A stretch of 64,000 bases of DNA, from NCBI GenBank assembly GCA_034226945.1, contig CP120457.1, positions 62,001 through 126,000 of the forward strand. The letters run 5' to 3'. How positions within the stretch are numbered: the stretch's first letter is position 1; the number at the start of each line of letters is the position of its first letter. This document shows positions 13,316 to 23,588 of this stretch, one piece after another. The notes beneath the pieces were generated by a model. The model ran no database searches and was not told the DNA's origin. It saw only the letters and a program-made list of their open reading frames with translations. The DNA is from Picochlorum sp. SENEW3. Lineage: Eukaryota. The position numbers were made by a program, and so were the translations under genes.

Positions 13316-14042
13316 ATGGGGGAGGACGCAGTTGAATTGAAACACATTTCATGGAAGGACGAGGGTTGGATTGCACGGGCGGGTGTACTAACGACACTAA
13401 ATGCATTAGACTATTTTTCAAATTCCCCATTCTTTATGGGGTCTGCTCGGAGGGATGATCTGATCGCATCACGTAGGACACAGAGATTGTGAGTGTCTAT
13501 ACTTGTATGCCTGTCAATGTCATGGTGGTGATGATATTCGATTGATTCGCAGGGAAACCTCAGATGGAAGTATACAGTACGTCCTGCAGGATGCGCAGCC
13601 TCCCCATCTGTTTGTCATACGGCAGGAGACAAAGACTGATGCAGGGTATAACATGCCAGTTGCTGCATACTATATACTGGATGGAACAGTGTACCAGTCT
13701 CCTTCACTGTATGACGTCTTTTACAGCAGATTTGTACGCTATGATTTTGAAAAAATTCGACATGAATGTGAAGATTGAACCGACTATGTGTGCATGCTGC
13801 AGAAACGATGTGCGTTTAAAATCAAAGAGACCATGGCATTCCTGGCAGAGGATCTCAACCCAATCAGTGGGGCATCAAAGCAGGACGTCAACATGTATGA
13901 TCGATTGTTGTCCCTTGAAGCTCGACAGCAAGAGGAGTTTTCGTCAAATACGGAAACATACATTCGATCAGACCACATCATTTCGGCCATCTTGTCGAGC
14001 GAGTATCAGCTCCCGACCATACGGGATGACATGGCTGATTGA
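13316..14042 (+). CDS. MED6: Mediator complex subunit 6 (spliced)
   Basis: Hand-read exon 1 MGEDAVELKHISWKDEGW...ALDYFSNSPFF; middle exon QYVLQDAQPPHLFVIR...AYYILDGTVYQSPSLYDVFYSR; last exon ends 14042. Confidence 0.85.
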
Positions 14043-14074
14043 ATGGCATTAATTTATCATAAATTAGCGTAAAA

Positions 14075-14540
14075 ATGACTGAAACACGACAAGATATACA
14101 CTCATTAGGAGGCGTGCAGGAGGGATCGGGTGAAGAAGAAGCCCGTGTCGCACCTGTGCCCCAGGCTTTGAATAGGAACCTTCGCTGCTGTGTGCCTTGT
14201 CGACTAGTGAAGACTTTAGAACAATTCTTTGAGCAAGGATGCGAAAATTGCCAATTTTTAGACATGGAAGGGGACAGGGAGAGAATTGAGGATTGCACGA
14301 CGACCGAATTCCACGTGCGTGTCTTGCGAATTGCATTGAGAACAATATGGATATGATTGATAGCAATTGAAAGTGCAGGGTATGGCGGCCGTTGTTGATC
14401 CAAACGATAGCTGGGCTTCCAAATGGTTGCACCACAGAAAGCATGTGCCAGGGTGCTATGCATTGTCGGTAGAATCCTCCCTACCGCCTCATATCTTGGA
14501 AATATTGGAGAATCATGGCATTAAATTACGTATAGATTGA
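14075..14540 (+). CDS. SPT4: Transcription elongation factor SPT4
   Basis: LRCCVPCRLVKTLEQFFEQGCENC...CTTTEFH, intron ~14315..14379, then GMAAVVDPNDSWASKWL...VPGCYALSV. Confidence 0.93.
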
Positions 14541-14552
14541 TTGATTTCACTG

Positions 14553-15290
14553 TTACGGCAAAACTTTCTTGGACAATATGAAATATCCCTCTTCTGTTTC
14601 CTCTGTACCAAATGTTGTTCTTCCCTGTGCATCAATTTCTGCCTGAATGGGGCTGGAAGGGTCTGTAGTGTATTCTAGATTCCGATAGAAGTTTATAGCG
14701 TTTGTGTTTGAGCAAAAAACAGTTAGCATGATGCGTGTCAACTTGCGATCCTTGGCTATGGCTTGAACATGCTGCATGAGCCAGGTTCCCAACCCACACC
14801 CTTGAGATGATGTGCAGACTTGGAGTTCATACATGTACAGTATGGGTAGTCCTTCTTCTACTTCGAAACGTATGTGGGCAAATGCGACTGGTGTCTCGTT
14901 CTTTTTCATATCAAAGACAACCAAGAACCTTGCATCCTGATGCCCAAACTCATCTCGTTTACCTGTGTCATCCCAACCCCATCCTGGGCATGCTTCGTAC
15001 ATCGACTTCATGTTTGTTCTTGTCAGATCAAGCATCCATGCCAAGAGAGTCGTCTTCCCCGCAAGTGGAACGCCAGCGTCTTGTAGACTCTCCTCTGGGA
15101 CGGATGTCTCCACCACCTGCGTTGATGTATAATACCTCACGACAAAAAATGACTTGTTTGGAATCGAAAGTCGATCGGATATTCTTGTGTCGTCGTCGCA
15201 GGGACTAAGGCTCAGACAGGACGAGTTCAGGGCATTTTGAACTGTTTGAAATGCTCCACGTCGCGGCCGTTTCCTCCCTGTCTTCTTCAT
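14553..15290 (-). CDS. NAA40: N-alpha-acetyltransferase 40 (NatD)-like GNAT
   Basis: LTRTNMKSMYE...WGWDD, AFAHIRF, LYMYELQV...QGCGLG, MLTVF...NAINFYRNLEY..D.SSP. Confidence 0.85.
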   Translation of the reverse strand: MKKTGRKRPRRGAFQTVQNALNSSCLSLSPCDDDTRISDRLSIPNKSFFVVRYYTSTQVVETSVPEESLQDAGVPLAGKTTLLAWMLDLTRTNMKSMYEACPGWGWDDTGKRDEFGHQDARFLVVFDMKKNETPVAFAHIRFEVEEGLPILYMYELQVCTSSQGCGLGTWLMQHVQAIAKDRKLTRIMLTVFCSNTNAINFYRNLEYTTDPSSPIQAEIDAQGRTTFGTEETEEGYFILSKKVLP

Positions 15291-15553
15291 GAGTTCATTA
15301 TAATCAATCAATAGTAATTCACTATTGACAGGGTGTGTTCAATTGAGGAGAGAATGAAAAAGCTCACCATCATTGTCATGGCAATGGACTTGTATCACAG
15401 GTCAGAGACACAGATACAGTGCAACAATGTCTTTTGCAACCCTATAAGACTCAATGTTAAACAATAGTAGTGTCGTATAGTATTGAAAATAATATGCTGA
15501 CGAATGCACAAGGACTTCTCTCTCTAATACAGGTAAAAAATATTGCTCGGGTT

Positions 15554-16823
15554 CTACTTTTTGGATGCCTGCTTAAGCGTCTCCAGCAATATGCTCAGCT
15601 TGTCAGGGGTGGGTTCGGAGGACTGTGCACCGTTTTGTGGCAGAACATCTTGCCTAGAATCACCACCGTGACTTGGGATGTGAGGAGTAAGACCCTGTGG
15701 CATGGCAGCCTGCTGAGGGGGCATGACTTGGGTTGGATTCATGGGAGAAAAGTTCTGCATCATTGCCAGTTGTGGATTTATCTGTGATCCCATCGCAAGA
15801 GGGTCTATTGGAGGACTTGTAATAGCACCCGGCATGTTCAGTTGCTGCATTTGTGGACCCATTGCACTGGTCTGCAATACAGGGACCTGTCTCTGTTGCA
15901 GCAGTCTGCTCATTGCATGCTGAAGTATCTCCGGCGGGAGGCTATGCCTACTAGGAGATTCTTGGGATTTTAGTCGAGAGCGATTGCGGGATAGTTCCTG
16001 CAGTGCCTGCTGCAACTCCATCAGGGCAACCAGTGACCTCACCTTGACCACAGCCGCGTCAGGTGTCTCGTGCAAACCATCCACCCGCATCGCTTCAAGC
16101 ACATTCTGTAGTGCACTATTGATCAGTTCATATGCAGTTTTCCGCGAGGGAACAGGTGTTCCTTGCTCATGGTTGCTCCTTGAAGGCACTTGATCCTGCT
16201 GGACGATCCTCCCTCCCTCAGCCTCACTCTTTCGTCTGCGACTGTTATGTCTTGCGAGCCTCTTTCTGCACGATCTCTTGTCACCATCAAACTCTGATAA
16301 CAATTGAAACCTCCCACACTGCTGACAGAATCGAATACTTTGCCCTTCAACAAGCAAAAAGTTGGCCTCCATATGGTAGGGACAGATCTTGTACCTCTTG
16401 TAGTACTCTTTCATGTTGTCGATGGGCCGAACGCACCCAGGCACTGCAAAATCAATGTAAAAGTATATGTATAGTGTATGAAGACGTCGATGCTTTCCAC
16501 AGTGCTTGAGAAACAGCACATGGCAGTACTATAGCCAATACAGCAGGGCATGAGGACACCACCTCACCCAAACACCCACCTTGACATGAATTTTTTCCTA
16601 CAGGCGAATCTTTGAAAAAACTTCGTCCCCTACCTCGCCTGTAGCGTGGACCAGGCGCCGTATTCTGACAGACATACGCGTCCAAAGCGTTGGAGAACCC
16701 TGGCACCTCCGGAAACGTTATATGCGTCGGTTGGTTACCATTCACCTCACGAATACCATTTGAATCACTGCTTTGTGTCCGACTATCGTCGCTTTCAGAG
16801 CTAGAGCTGCTGTCTGAGGACAT
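15554..16823 (-). CDS. SBP-box (SQUAMOSA promoter-binding) transcription factor
   Basis: Spliced CQ/VPGC...YYKRYKICPYH...RFCQQCGRFQLLSEFDGDKRSCRKRLARHNSRRRK SBP zinc finger; Gln/Pro-rich C-terminus. Intron roughly 16444..16579. Confidence 0.9.
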
Positions 16824-17576
16824 CTCACTACTTCGATCGTGCCCGCCACTGTTGCCTTTGTTCGCAGGTTTCCTCTAGCGGCACATACAAATTATATATG
16901 TATTAATCATACAAAAATGAATTCAAAGATCTGTGCATACTGTCCTTCAGAGGCCGATGACTTGTCACTCCAGATGCGATTCTCGAATCGACCATGGAAA
17001 TGACCTCTCGTAATGAATCGCCCTTCGCATGCGCACATCGCACACCCTGGACAGGACACGTGCCCGTCCATCCGACACACAAGGGCACCAACCTCAGTCA
17101 AATCTCATACTCCTGATAATCACGCTGCGATACTCACAAACATCGAGTGTGAGTAGACACTGATGGGACTAGTATCAAGAAACTGGAATGCTTCATACGC
17201 ATCTGTATCTGTCCTAATTCTCTCTCTGCTGGAGGTGGATATCCATCGCCGTACGCGTGTGGGGCGGTGGCATGCTACCGTCAAAGGTGGTGCTTGATGG
17301 TAGCCTTGTATTGGGTCGATTGTCCCATCAGCTGGGCGTCCCACGCCATGCACGGCATGGTGCAAGTGAGTTTACAATCCCTATTCGAGTATCCACCGTT
17401 CTAATTCTCACTTTTGAATTTGCTTTTGATATTTGTATCAGACTTTGATCCTTAGAAAGCATCGATTCTCTCTTTTCTGGGTTTCTCGTCTGACTCCACA
17501 TTGTACGTACAAATTTGCTACAGTCGACTAGATAATTGGCGTGAGAGTTGGGCAGAATTGAAGAATACCGAAAAGA

Positions 17577-18416
17577 ATGTGTCAGAAAGGGAACAAAGAC
17601 GGGAATGCGTGCAGAGCAGCGGCAGCAGGGCGAAGACGGGAATGTCGCGGTGGGGACACCGCACCCAGGAGAGAAGGCTATCGGGAAACCGATGAGGAAT
17701 GTGTCGTTCGATCGACTGTGTCTTGGGATCAGAAGGCATTAGAGAAGAGACTTCAGGTGAGATTAGAGTCAAAAGATATCGAAAGCGGTGAAGATACGAT
17801 GGATGATGCGGATGAAGATACAATGCGGGATGAAGACATGTGTTGGATTTGTCACGATGGGCATTGTGTCACCATGCCGCTGGAGAGGACATGTCGGTGT
17901 CCATGGATGAAGGTTCATAGGCAGTGTTTGGCACGATGGCAGCTACAGCAAGCTGGTAAATCGGAGGAGAGGCGGTGTCGCTTTTGCAAGGACACATTGC
18001 CGGATTGGAGAGATGTGCATGCAGGGTTACCCAGAGCCCAGCCCATCATGACTGTTGTCCATGAAGGGGTGACCCATCAGGTCGTTGTTGAGCCTGGTGA
18101 GGAGGGCCAGAGGAAATTTCAGGATGATATCCGCCGAATTTTCGGTTTGGAAGGGCACGAAACAATTCAGCTGACGTTTGGGTGCCGGATTCCAGATAGC
18201 AGGCAAGAAGTGGTGCTTGAGGGATGGGAGTCATATGATGCGGCGGTGCACTGCGCCTCTTTATCAGCAGGTCAACGTCAAAAGAGGATCCACAGTGTAT
18301 CTCCAGAGAAACGAGTTGTGTCTAGGAGAATGTCAGGTGGGTCGGGTGTACTGAGGCGACTGTTTTCAAAGAATTTTCCCAGCAATGAGGAGAGCAGCAG
18401 GGCCATGACGCCATGA
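17577..18416 (+). CDS. RINGv (C4HC3, MARCH-type) zinc-finger protein without TM segments
   Basis: CWICHD...CRCPWMKVHRQCLARWQ...CRFCKDTLPDW. Confidence 0.8.
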   Translation: MCQKGNKDGNACRAAAAGRRRECRGGDTAPRREGYRETDEECVVRSTVSWDQKALEKRLQVRLESKDIESGEDTMDDADEDTMRDEDMCWICHDGHCVTMPLERTCRCPWMKVHRQCLARWQLQQAGKSEERRCRFCKDTLPDWRDVHAGLPRAQPIMTVVHEGVTHQVVVEPGEEGQRKFQDDIRRIFGLEGHETIQLTFGCRIPDSRQEVVLEGWESYDAAVHCASLSAGQRQKRIHSVSPEKRVVSRRMSGGSGVLRRLFSKNFPSNEESSRAMTP

Positions 18417-18610
18417 TCTGCAGGTCTTTTGATTTATGGCGTAGTGCCCTTACACTCGGTTGTATATAAATGTAATTGTGTATAGTTGTCATCATTGAAT
18501 TATTGGAAGAAGATTCAATCAATTGATCAATGCTGAATGGGTTAAAAAATGTAATACATCATGCATGTGACAAGCTATGTGACTGTATTGTTTGCTTTTG
18601 TTTCCCCGTA

Positions 18611-19219
18611 TCACACGTCAGGGATGTTCTCCTCTGCTTGTGTCCGAGGCCTTTTGAAGACCTTTGGTTTCTCCTCGCCATTGACTCCCACATGAAAAAC
18701 TTGGCGAGATTGATGGCTGCATTCACGTCTCGTTGCCAGAAAACACGCTCACATCCATTTTTCATACAACGGCGTACTTTCCAGCGCTTGTGAAGCCCCA
18801 CTGCTGGGGGGGCCCTCCAATTTGGCAGGGCAGGCACAGCAGTACTGGCTACTTCGGAACTCGCCAATCTTGATGAAACAGCACCTCTGCCGGAGCAGGT
18901 CCTTGAGGGCCCGAAAGCAGATCCTCTGTTTTCCGTGTTTCCCCGAGTTGATCGAGGCGTCCCCAAACACAACGACGGTCTTGCTCTGAGTCTCCCTGTC
19001 CTTTGTCCCCCAGCAGATCCGTTCAACCATGGAGTCCAACATTTGTTGCGTCCTTGTGTACACAGAGAACTTTTGTCTCCGGAAACAGTTCTGGCAATAA
19101 AATCCATACACTGTGTTCAGGTGGCTATTAGTCTTTTTGCAGAATGCCAGCACATCCCTTGCTATTCCCTCAAACCCACCAGATCTACAATAGGAAATCT
19201 GATGTGCTGACGTCAGCAC
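18611..19219 (-). pseudogene. Fanzor (eukaryotic TnpB-like) RNA-guided nuclease remnant, 5'-truncated, two frameshifts
   Basis: Frame 1: FRRQKFSVY..QQMLD...VVVFGDA...IKIGEFRSSQYCCAC (RuvC-II Glu plus CxxC). Shift at G7 run ~18806-18812 gives RWKVRRCMKNGC...WQRDVNAAINL (second Cys pair, RuvC-III Asp). Shift near 18683 gives NGEEKPKVFKRP...DV* ending 18611. No RuvC-I found upstream (in-frame stops). Confidence 0.8.
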
Positions 19220-19633
19220 CTATCTCGATATTAGAGGAGTTTCCTCGTCACAAGGCAATTACTATCAAACACTCATCTATGCTATATCCGAAATGTCGGC
19301 ACGCGACATGATGCACGGGCATGACAACGGCGACAATCGAGTAGGTTCGAAACCCCTTCTGCAGTCTTCGCAGGACGCTGCAAAGCATCGAATGTTGCGA
19401 GGGGAGGAGGAACACAGGGTTTATGGAGCAACTGGAGTTGGAGTTCATTACGACATTGGAGGGCTCAAGGATTTTGGGCCAGTGGACACGGAACGTGAGA
19501 GTCGCTGCTCTCTTGACCGGCAGTCAACATAGTGCCTATGTTCCACCCTTTTTTCTCTTTTCTCTATTTTTTAGATCTTGACATGTAATTATGAATGAAA
19601 AAAACCTGTAGTGTAGGCAAATAGAAAAATCAA

Positions 19634-21856
19634 TTACAGTTCATCGTCTTTTGTCGAATCCATTTTTGGTGATCCACTGTTATCTGACAGTATTGAGTCT
19701 GATTCACTTTCTGGAGTTGCTGGTTGGCGCTTCCTTCTTCTAGTCACCATCACCACGACTGCTGCAATAATGGCAATTGCTGCCACACCTCCGACTGCAA
19801 TACCAACTATAGCTCCTGTCGAAAGGCCAGAGCCCCCGTCAGATGATGCAGTATCTGATGTACTTTCAGTGGCTGCTTGTGGTGTGGTCAGTCTCTCTGA
19901 TCCTCCGGATGCACCGTTTTCAGCAGGATCAGGAATTGAATTTGTATCAACATCCATGGTCACTCCATCCTCTATCACTCGTATTACTGGTGGACTGATC
20001 TCCTGGATCTGGAATGCTTTGAGTTCCTTTGTGTTGAAATCTGATTCCATTGAGAGGTCTCGTGTGTAATTGGCAAATGCTCCCAAAGGACTTGGGTTTG
20101 TTACTGTCAGCTCCACTTCCACCTGTGGCTCTGCTTGCAGGAGCATCCTTCGGAGGCCTGCAGCAGAATTCAGAGATGTGATGTTCACCACACGTATATC
20201 TGCTGCTGTCATATCAATCGCTCTTGCCACCGTTGCTTTGAAAGGTTCCAAGAGATCCGTTTGTAACTCTGTTTTTGTACGTCCTTGAAGCATCAGATTG
20301 ATTCGAAGCCCTGTGGATGGGGGGTCGGGGTCGTCGACTCCTGCAGAGGGGCCCAGAATAACAGGTCTAGCCTCATTGACCACATCCGGGCAATTGTCCT
20401 GGTATGGAGGGATCCTCAAAGTCACTCCTGGGCTTAAGATATCCCCAGGAACATCCGTATTTGCTCCTCTCAAGTCTTCAAGTTTGATTTGATATGAATT
20501 CGCAATGGATTCCCAAGTGTCACCTGGAATAATGTTGTGCAAGGTACATTCAAACTTTTCTGTTGTACCCTCTGTGTCACTAGGTGCCTGGGTCACTTGA
20601 TCTGGCCCTGTGACAGGTTTGATCGCATCCCCAATGCAATCATCACCCCACGGAGGAATACGAACTTTCTCTCCGACGGTTAACACAGAACCGTCTCCAA
20701 TTTCTGGATTGACATCAAGGAATTCGTCTGTAAGGACGGCAAACTTGGTTGCCACCAAGTATGATGTGTCAGAAGGCTGGACAGTATACTGTTGACATCT
20801 CACATCTCCCATAGGAGCAGTAAGGTCCACCGGATTGCATTTTAGCCATTCTCCCATCTTGGATGCAGGTACAGGATCTTTCATCCACTCAATCAGCTGT
20901 CGAGTTGTGATTGCCCACACATCCGGCTGGGCCATGGCATAGTCCATAAATTGATTCAGAGCTTCTGTATTCTTGTCAGTAAACCAAGGGGCGTGGAGGA
21001 AAATACCGAAAGGAGCTCTGTTGTTCAGATAATTCATGTCAAAGTTCTCCTTGAATATGGAGAAGACATCTCCTTCAGGATCCATGGAAAACAAATGGTC
21101 TCCCGCCGCATTTTGAAGCTCCCACAAGGGAACCTCCCAGACCCCAGGATATCTTTCAGAAGTTCTGTTGCATTGTCCATCTGGGTAATTCCAGTTGCAG
21201 TCAATTGGTATCCCGTAGTCCATTGTGAATGGCCACACCCGCTCACCTGGGACAGTCTGTACCTCACTATCAGGAGAAAACACACTGATCATCGACGAGT
21301 CGTATAACATTCCTTCTTTCTGAATTTGGCTTCTTGTTTGGGGATTGTGAAGTAAGTATGGGTTGCGATACCCAACCAGGTCCTCAAGAGGTATACCACA
21401 CTCCTCATTGAGCCATTTCCTGACGCCGAACATTTCTTGATCTAGAGCTTTTTCTCCACCTGGGTAATTCGGAACCAATCTGAAATGGTTTACGGTATGC
21501 AAAGCAAATTCTGAGTTCTCGTCCCGGGAGCTTTTCACTGTGGCACAATCTGATCCTTGCTGAAGTGTGTACCACGTCGCAGGAACATTACAACCATTTG
21601 GATTTGTATGCTTATCAATCACACTCCTCACAACTTTGTTGGAGAATGGATTCACCGCATCATCATGCGTGATGAGAATAAACTGCGGAGTATCCTTTGG
21701 GGCTAACCCACCTGGCGCAGAATTGGATGCACACATGCAATCAGGGGCTTTGCAATTCGCCTCATTGCAATCATACCATTCTGGCATTCCATTTGAAGTG
21801 TCAAGACCACTGATGAGCAGCAAAGCGCACAGCGTCAAGAGTCTTCTAGCCGACAT
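19634..21856 (-). CDS. Membrane-anchored polysaccharide (chitin-type, CE4) deacetylase with two LysM domains
   Basis: Signal peptide; ITHDDAV, HTVNH, GYRNPYL, YDSS and FLHAPW CE4 motifs; LysM repeats YTVQPSDT...VRIP and HNIIPGDT...LRIP; TM GAIVGIAVGGVAAIAIIAAVVVMV followed by RRRKR. Confidence 0.88.
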   Translation of the reverse strand: MSARRLLTLCALLLISGLDTSNGMPEWYDCNEANCKAPDCMCASNSAPGGLAPKDTPQFILITHDDAVNPFSNKVVRSVIDKHTNPNGCNVPATWYTLQQGSDCATVKSSRDENSEFALHTVNHFRLVPNYPGGEKALDQEMFGVRKWLNEECGIPLEDLVGYRNPYLLHNPQTRSQIQKEGMLYDSSMISVFSPDSEVQTVPGERVWPFTMDYGIPIDCNWNYPDGQCNRTSERYPGVWEVPLWELQNAAGDHLFSMDPEGDVFSIFKENFDMNYLNNRAPFGIFLHAPWFTDKNTEALNQFMDYAMAQPDVWAITTRQLIEWMKDPVPASKMGEWLKCNPVDLTAPMGDVRCQQYTVQPSDTSYLVATKFAVLTDEFLDVNPEIGDGSVLTVGEKVRIPPWGDDCIGDAIKPVTGPDQVTQAPSDTEGTTEKFECTLHNIIPGDTWESIANSYQIKLEDLRGANTDVPGDILSPGVTLRIPPYQDNCPDVVNEARPVILGPSAGVDDPDPPSTGLRINLMLQGRTKTELQTDLLEPFKATVARAIDMTAADIRVVNITSLNSAAGLRRMLLQAEPQVEVELTVTNPSPLGAFANYTRDLSMESDFNTKELKAFQIQEISPPVIRVIEDGVTMDVDTNSIPDPAENGASGGSERLTTPQAATESTSDTASSDGGSGLSTGAIVGIAVGGVAAIAIIAAVVVMVTRRRKRQPATPESESDSILSDNSGSPKMDSTKDDEL

Positions 21857-22530
21857 GTCTACGACAAAAGAGAATCACGAATAACAAGAGCAAGAAAGAA
21901 AGATTGCTTCTTTTTCAAAATAATGCAAGTATACACCTGAACAGATATCTGATGCTCGCAATCAATAGAAGATCGAGGGACAACTGCTCTCCGGGTTAGG
22001 GACTGCACCGACGCAAATATATACGCAGATTAGCGCTGCAGATCACATCATGCATCATGCGCATACAGTTTAGTCGAAAAGACAAAGTATATGTAGGAAA
22101 TGATACCCAAGTCGCCCCAGGTCTTCATGACCACGTTTTCCTCGAGAACCCGGTTCACACCAAACCCTCTGGCCCCATTCAAATCCATGGCTCGAACATC
22201 CCGTGCAGCGACTTACCTGGAATGAAAATGCATTAAAAACTTTATCTTTGATTCCAATGCATGTCAGCCATTCGTGCGCACGAATTCCATCGACGCCGCG
22301 TCGACGAATGTGGCGCCGATTTGATTAGGTCGGCGGTGAAGTACGGTCCAATGTCTCTTTTGAAGGGGAAGTTGTTTAAGCGATGATGAATACGTCCCGG
22401 AGCGGGACGCGATGCCGGGAAAAGCCCGGCCCCTGCCCGCAATTGTTGTAGGGTCTGTGTGTCAGAAAGCTTTACCAGAAAAATCTCACACGATGATTTG
22501 GGATTGTTTACAGGTAGATGGATGGGCGGC

Positions 22531-23588
22531 TCAGTTCAATTGCAAACCAAACCTGCTTCCTCCTGGTGCACTCTGTCCTCTAGCCATGCTGCTTCCGAGG
22601 GCAAAGTATTTGGAGGACTGGAGAGCGTCTTTATCATGCTCGGAAAAACCAGTACCCCCTGCGCAAAGCTCAATGATGTCCTCATCTTGCACTGGGATTC
22701 CGTCGTATTGTCCATCTGGCTTGATCATTCTCTTCCAGGTGTCCCATAGCACCACGTCTCCTGTGGGTTTCAGAACAACTAATCGGGAAGCGTTAGTAAA
22801 CGAGTCTCCTGATATTGGATCTTCAAATTCATGCACACCTCCTCCTTTAGATCTTTTGAACTTTAATCGTATCAAATCCTTCATTTTCAGTGGTTTTCCT
22901 GAAGCTGGACATCTTGTGTGCACGTCTAGCTTTTCAACGCTGTGCTCTACTTCTGGCCCTTGGCCAGGAACCCAAAAGGCCTTCATATTCTTTGATCTCT
23001 CCTCGTTTTCCTTGATGGTTTTCGCGCTTGACACAGTCTGTTTCCCCCCCATGATTGCTTTCGCTCCTTGAACAGCCACATGCTGGATCTTGTCCACAGT
23101 AACCTGGCTGGATCCTCCGTGATTCCTCCGATCGAATGCCAATACAGACACTTCTCTATCTATTGCAGCTTGCTCCATCTCCTTTTCTTTCAGCTTTTCC
23201 TGATGCCTCTCCCATGCAGCCAACTTTTTTTTGTTTGCCTTCTTCTGTGCCAACAGGTTCTCCAAAATAGCCTCTCGGCTGAAAATGTACCCATCTGGAC
23301 AGCAAACGGGATCGACGGCTGGCCTCAAAGTCAGCCGACAGTCATAATAATTGCCCACAGAATCCTACACAAACAGATACCAATCAGATGTGGAGCAAGG
23401 CCAACATTCTTTCTTAGTCGTTCCAGTCGGGGCATCCTCGCATCCACGCGAAAATGATGGTTTTAGACGCTAAAACACACCTTTCCCAATCTCTCATTCG
23501 CAGTGCCATATCCTAGTTGTTTTCGCTCGTGATATGTCAGTGTTTCCTTCCCAGTGGCTCCTGCATTCTTGCTTTTCTTCCTACCCAT
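22531..23588 (-). CDS. NOSIP: Nitric oxide synthase-interacting protein / CSU1-like U-box-type E3
   Basis: Exon 1 MGRKKSKNAG...TYHERKQLGYGTANERLGK, intron 23365..23480, then DSVGNYYDCRLTL...DGYIFSREAILENLLAQK, CPASGKPLKMKDL, GGTGFS. Confidence 0.9.

Noticed and set aside
19293..19532. 79-aa ORF next to the Fanzor remnant, considered as transposase or cargo
   Set aside because: No transposase, resolvase or RuvC-I motif recognisable in it or in the adjoining frames I translated.
21993..22001. GGGTTAGGG telomere-like or telomerase-template-like motif
   Set aside because: Only 9 nt, single copy, with no supporting structure. Plausible by chance or as a promoter motif.
22211..22221. ACTTACCTGG resembling the U1 snRNA 5' end
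   Set aside because: Downstream sequence lacks U1 stem-loops and an Sm site. Better read as a minus-strand CAG|GTAAGT splice donor.
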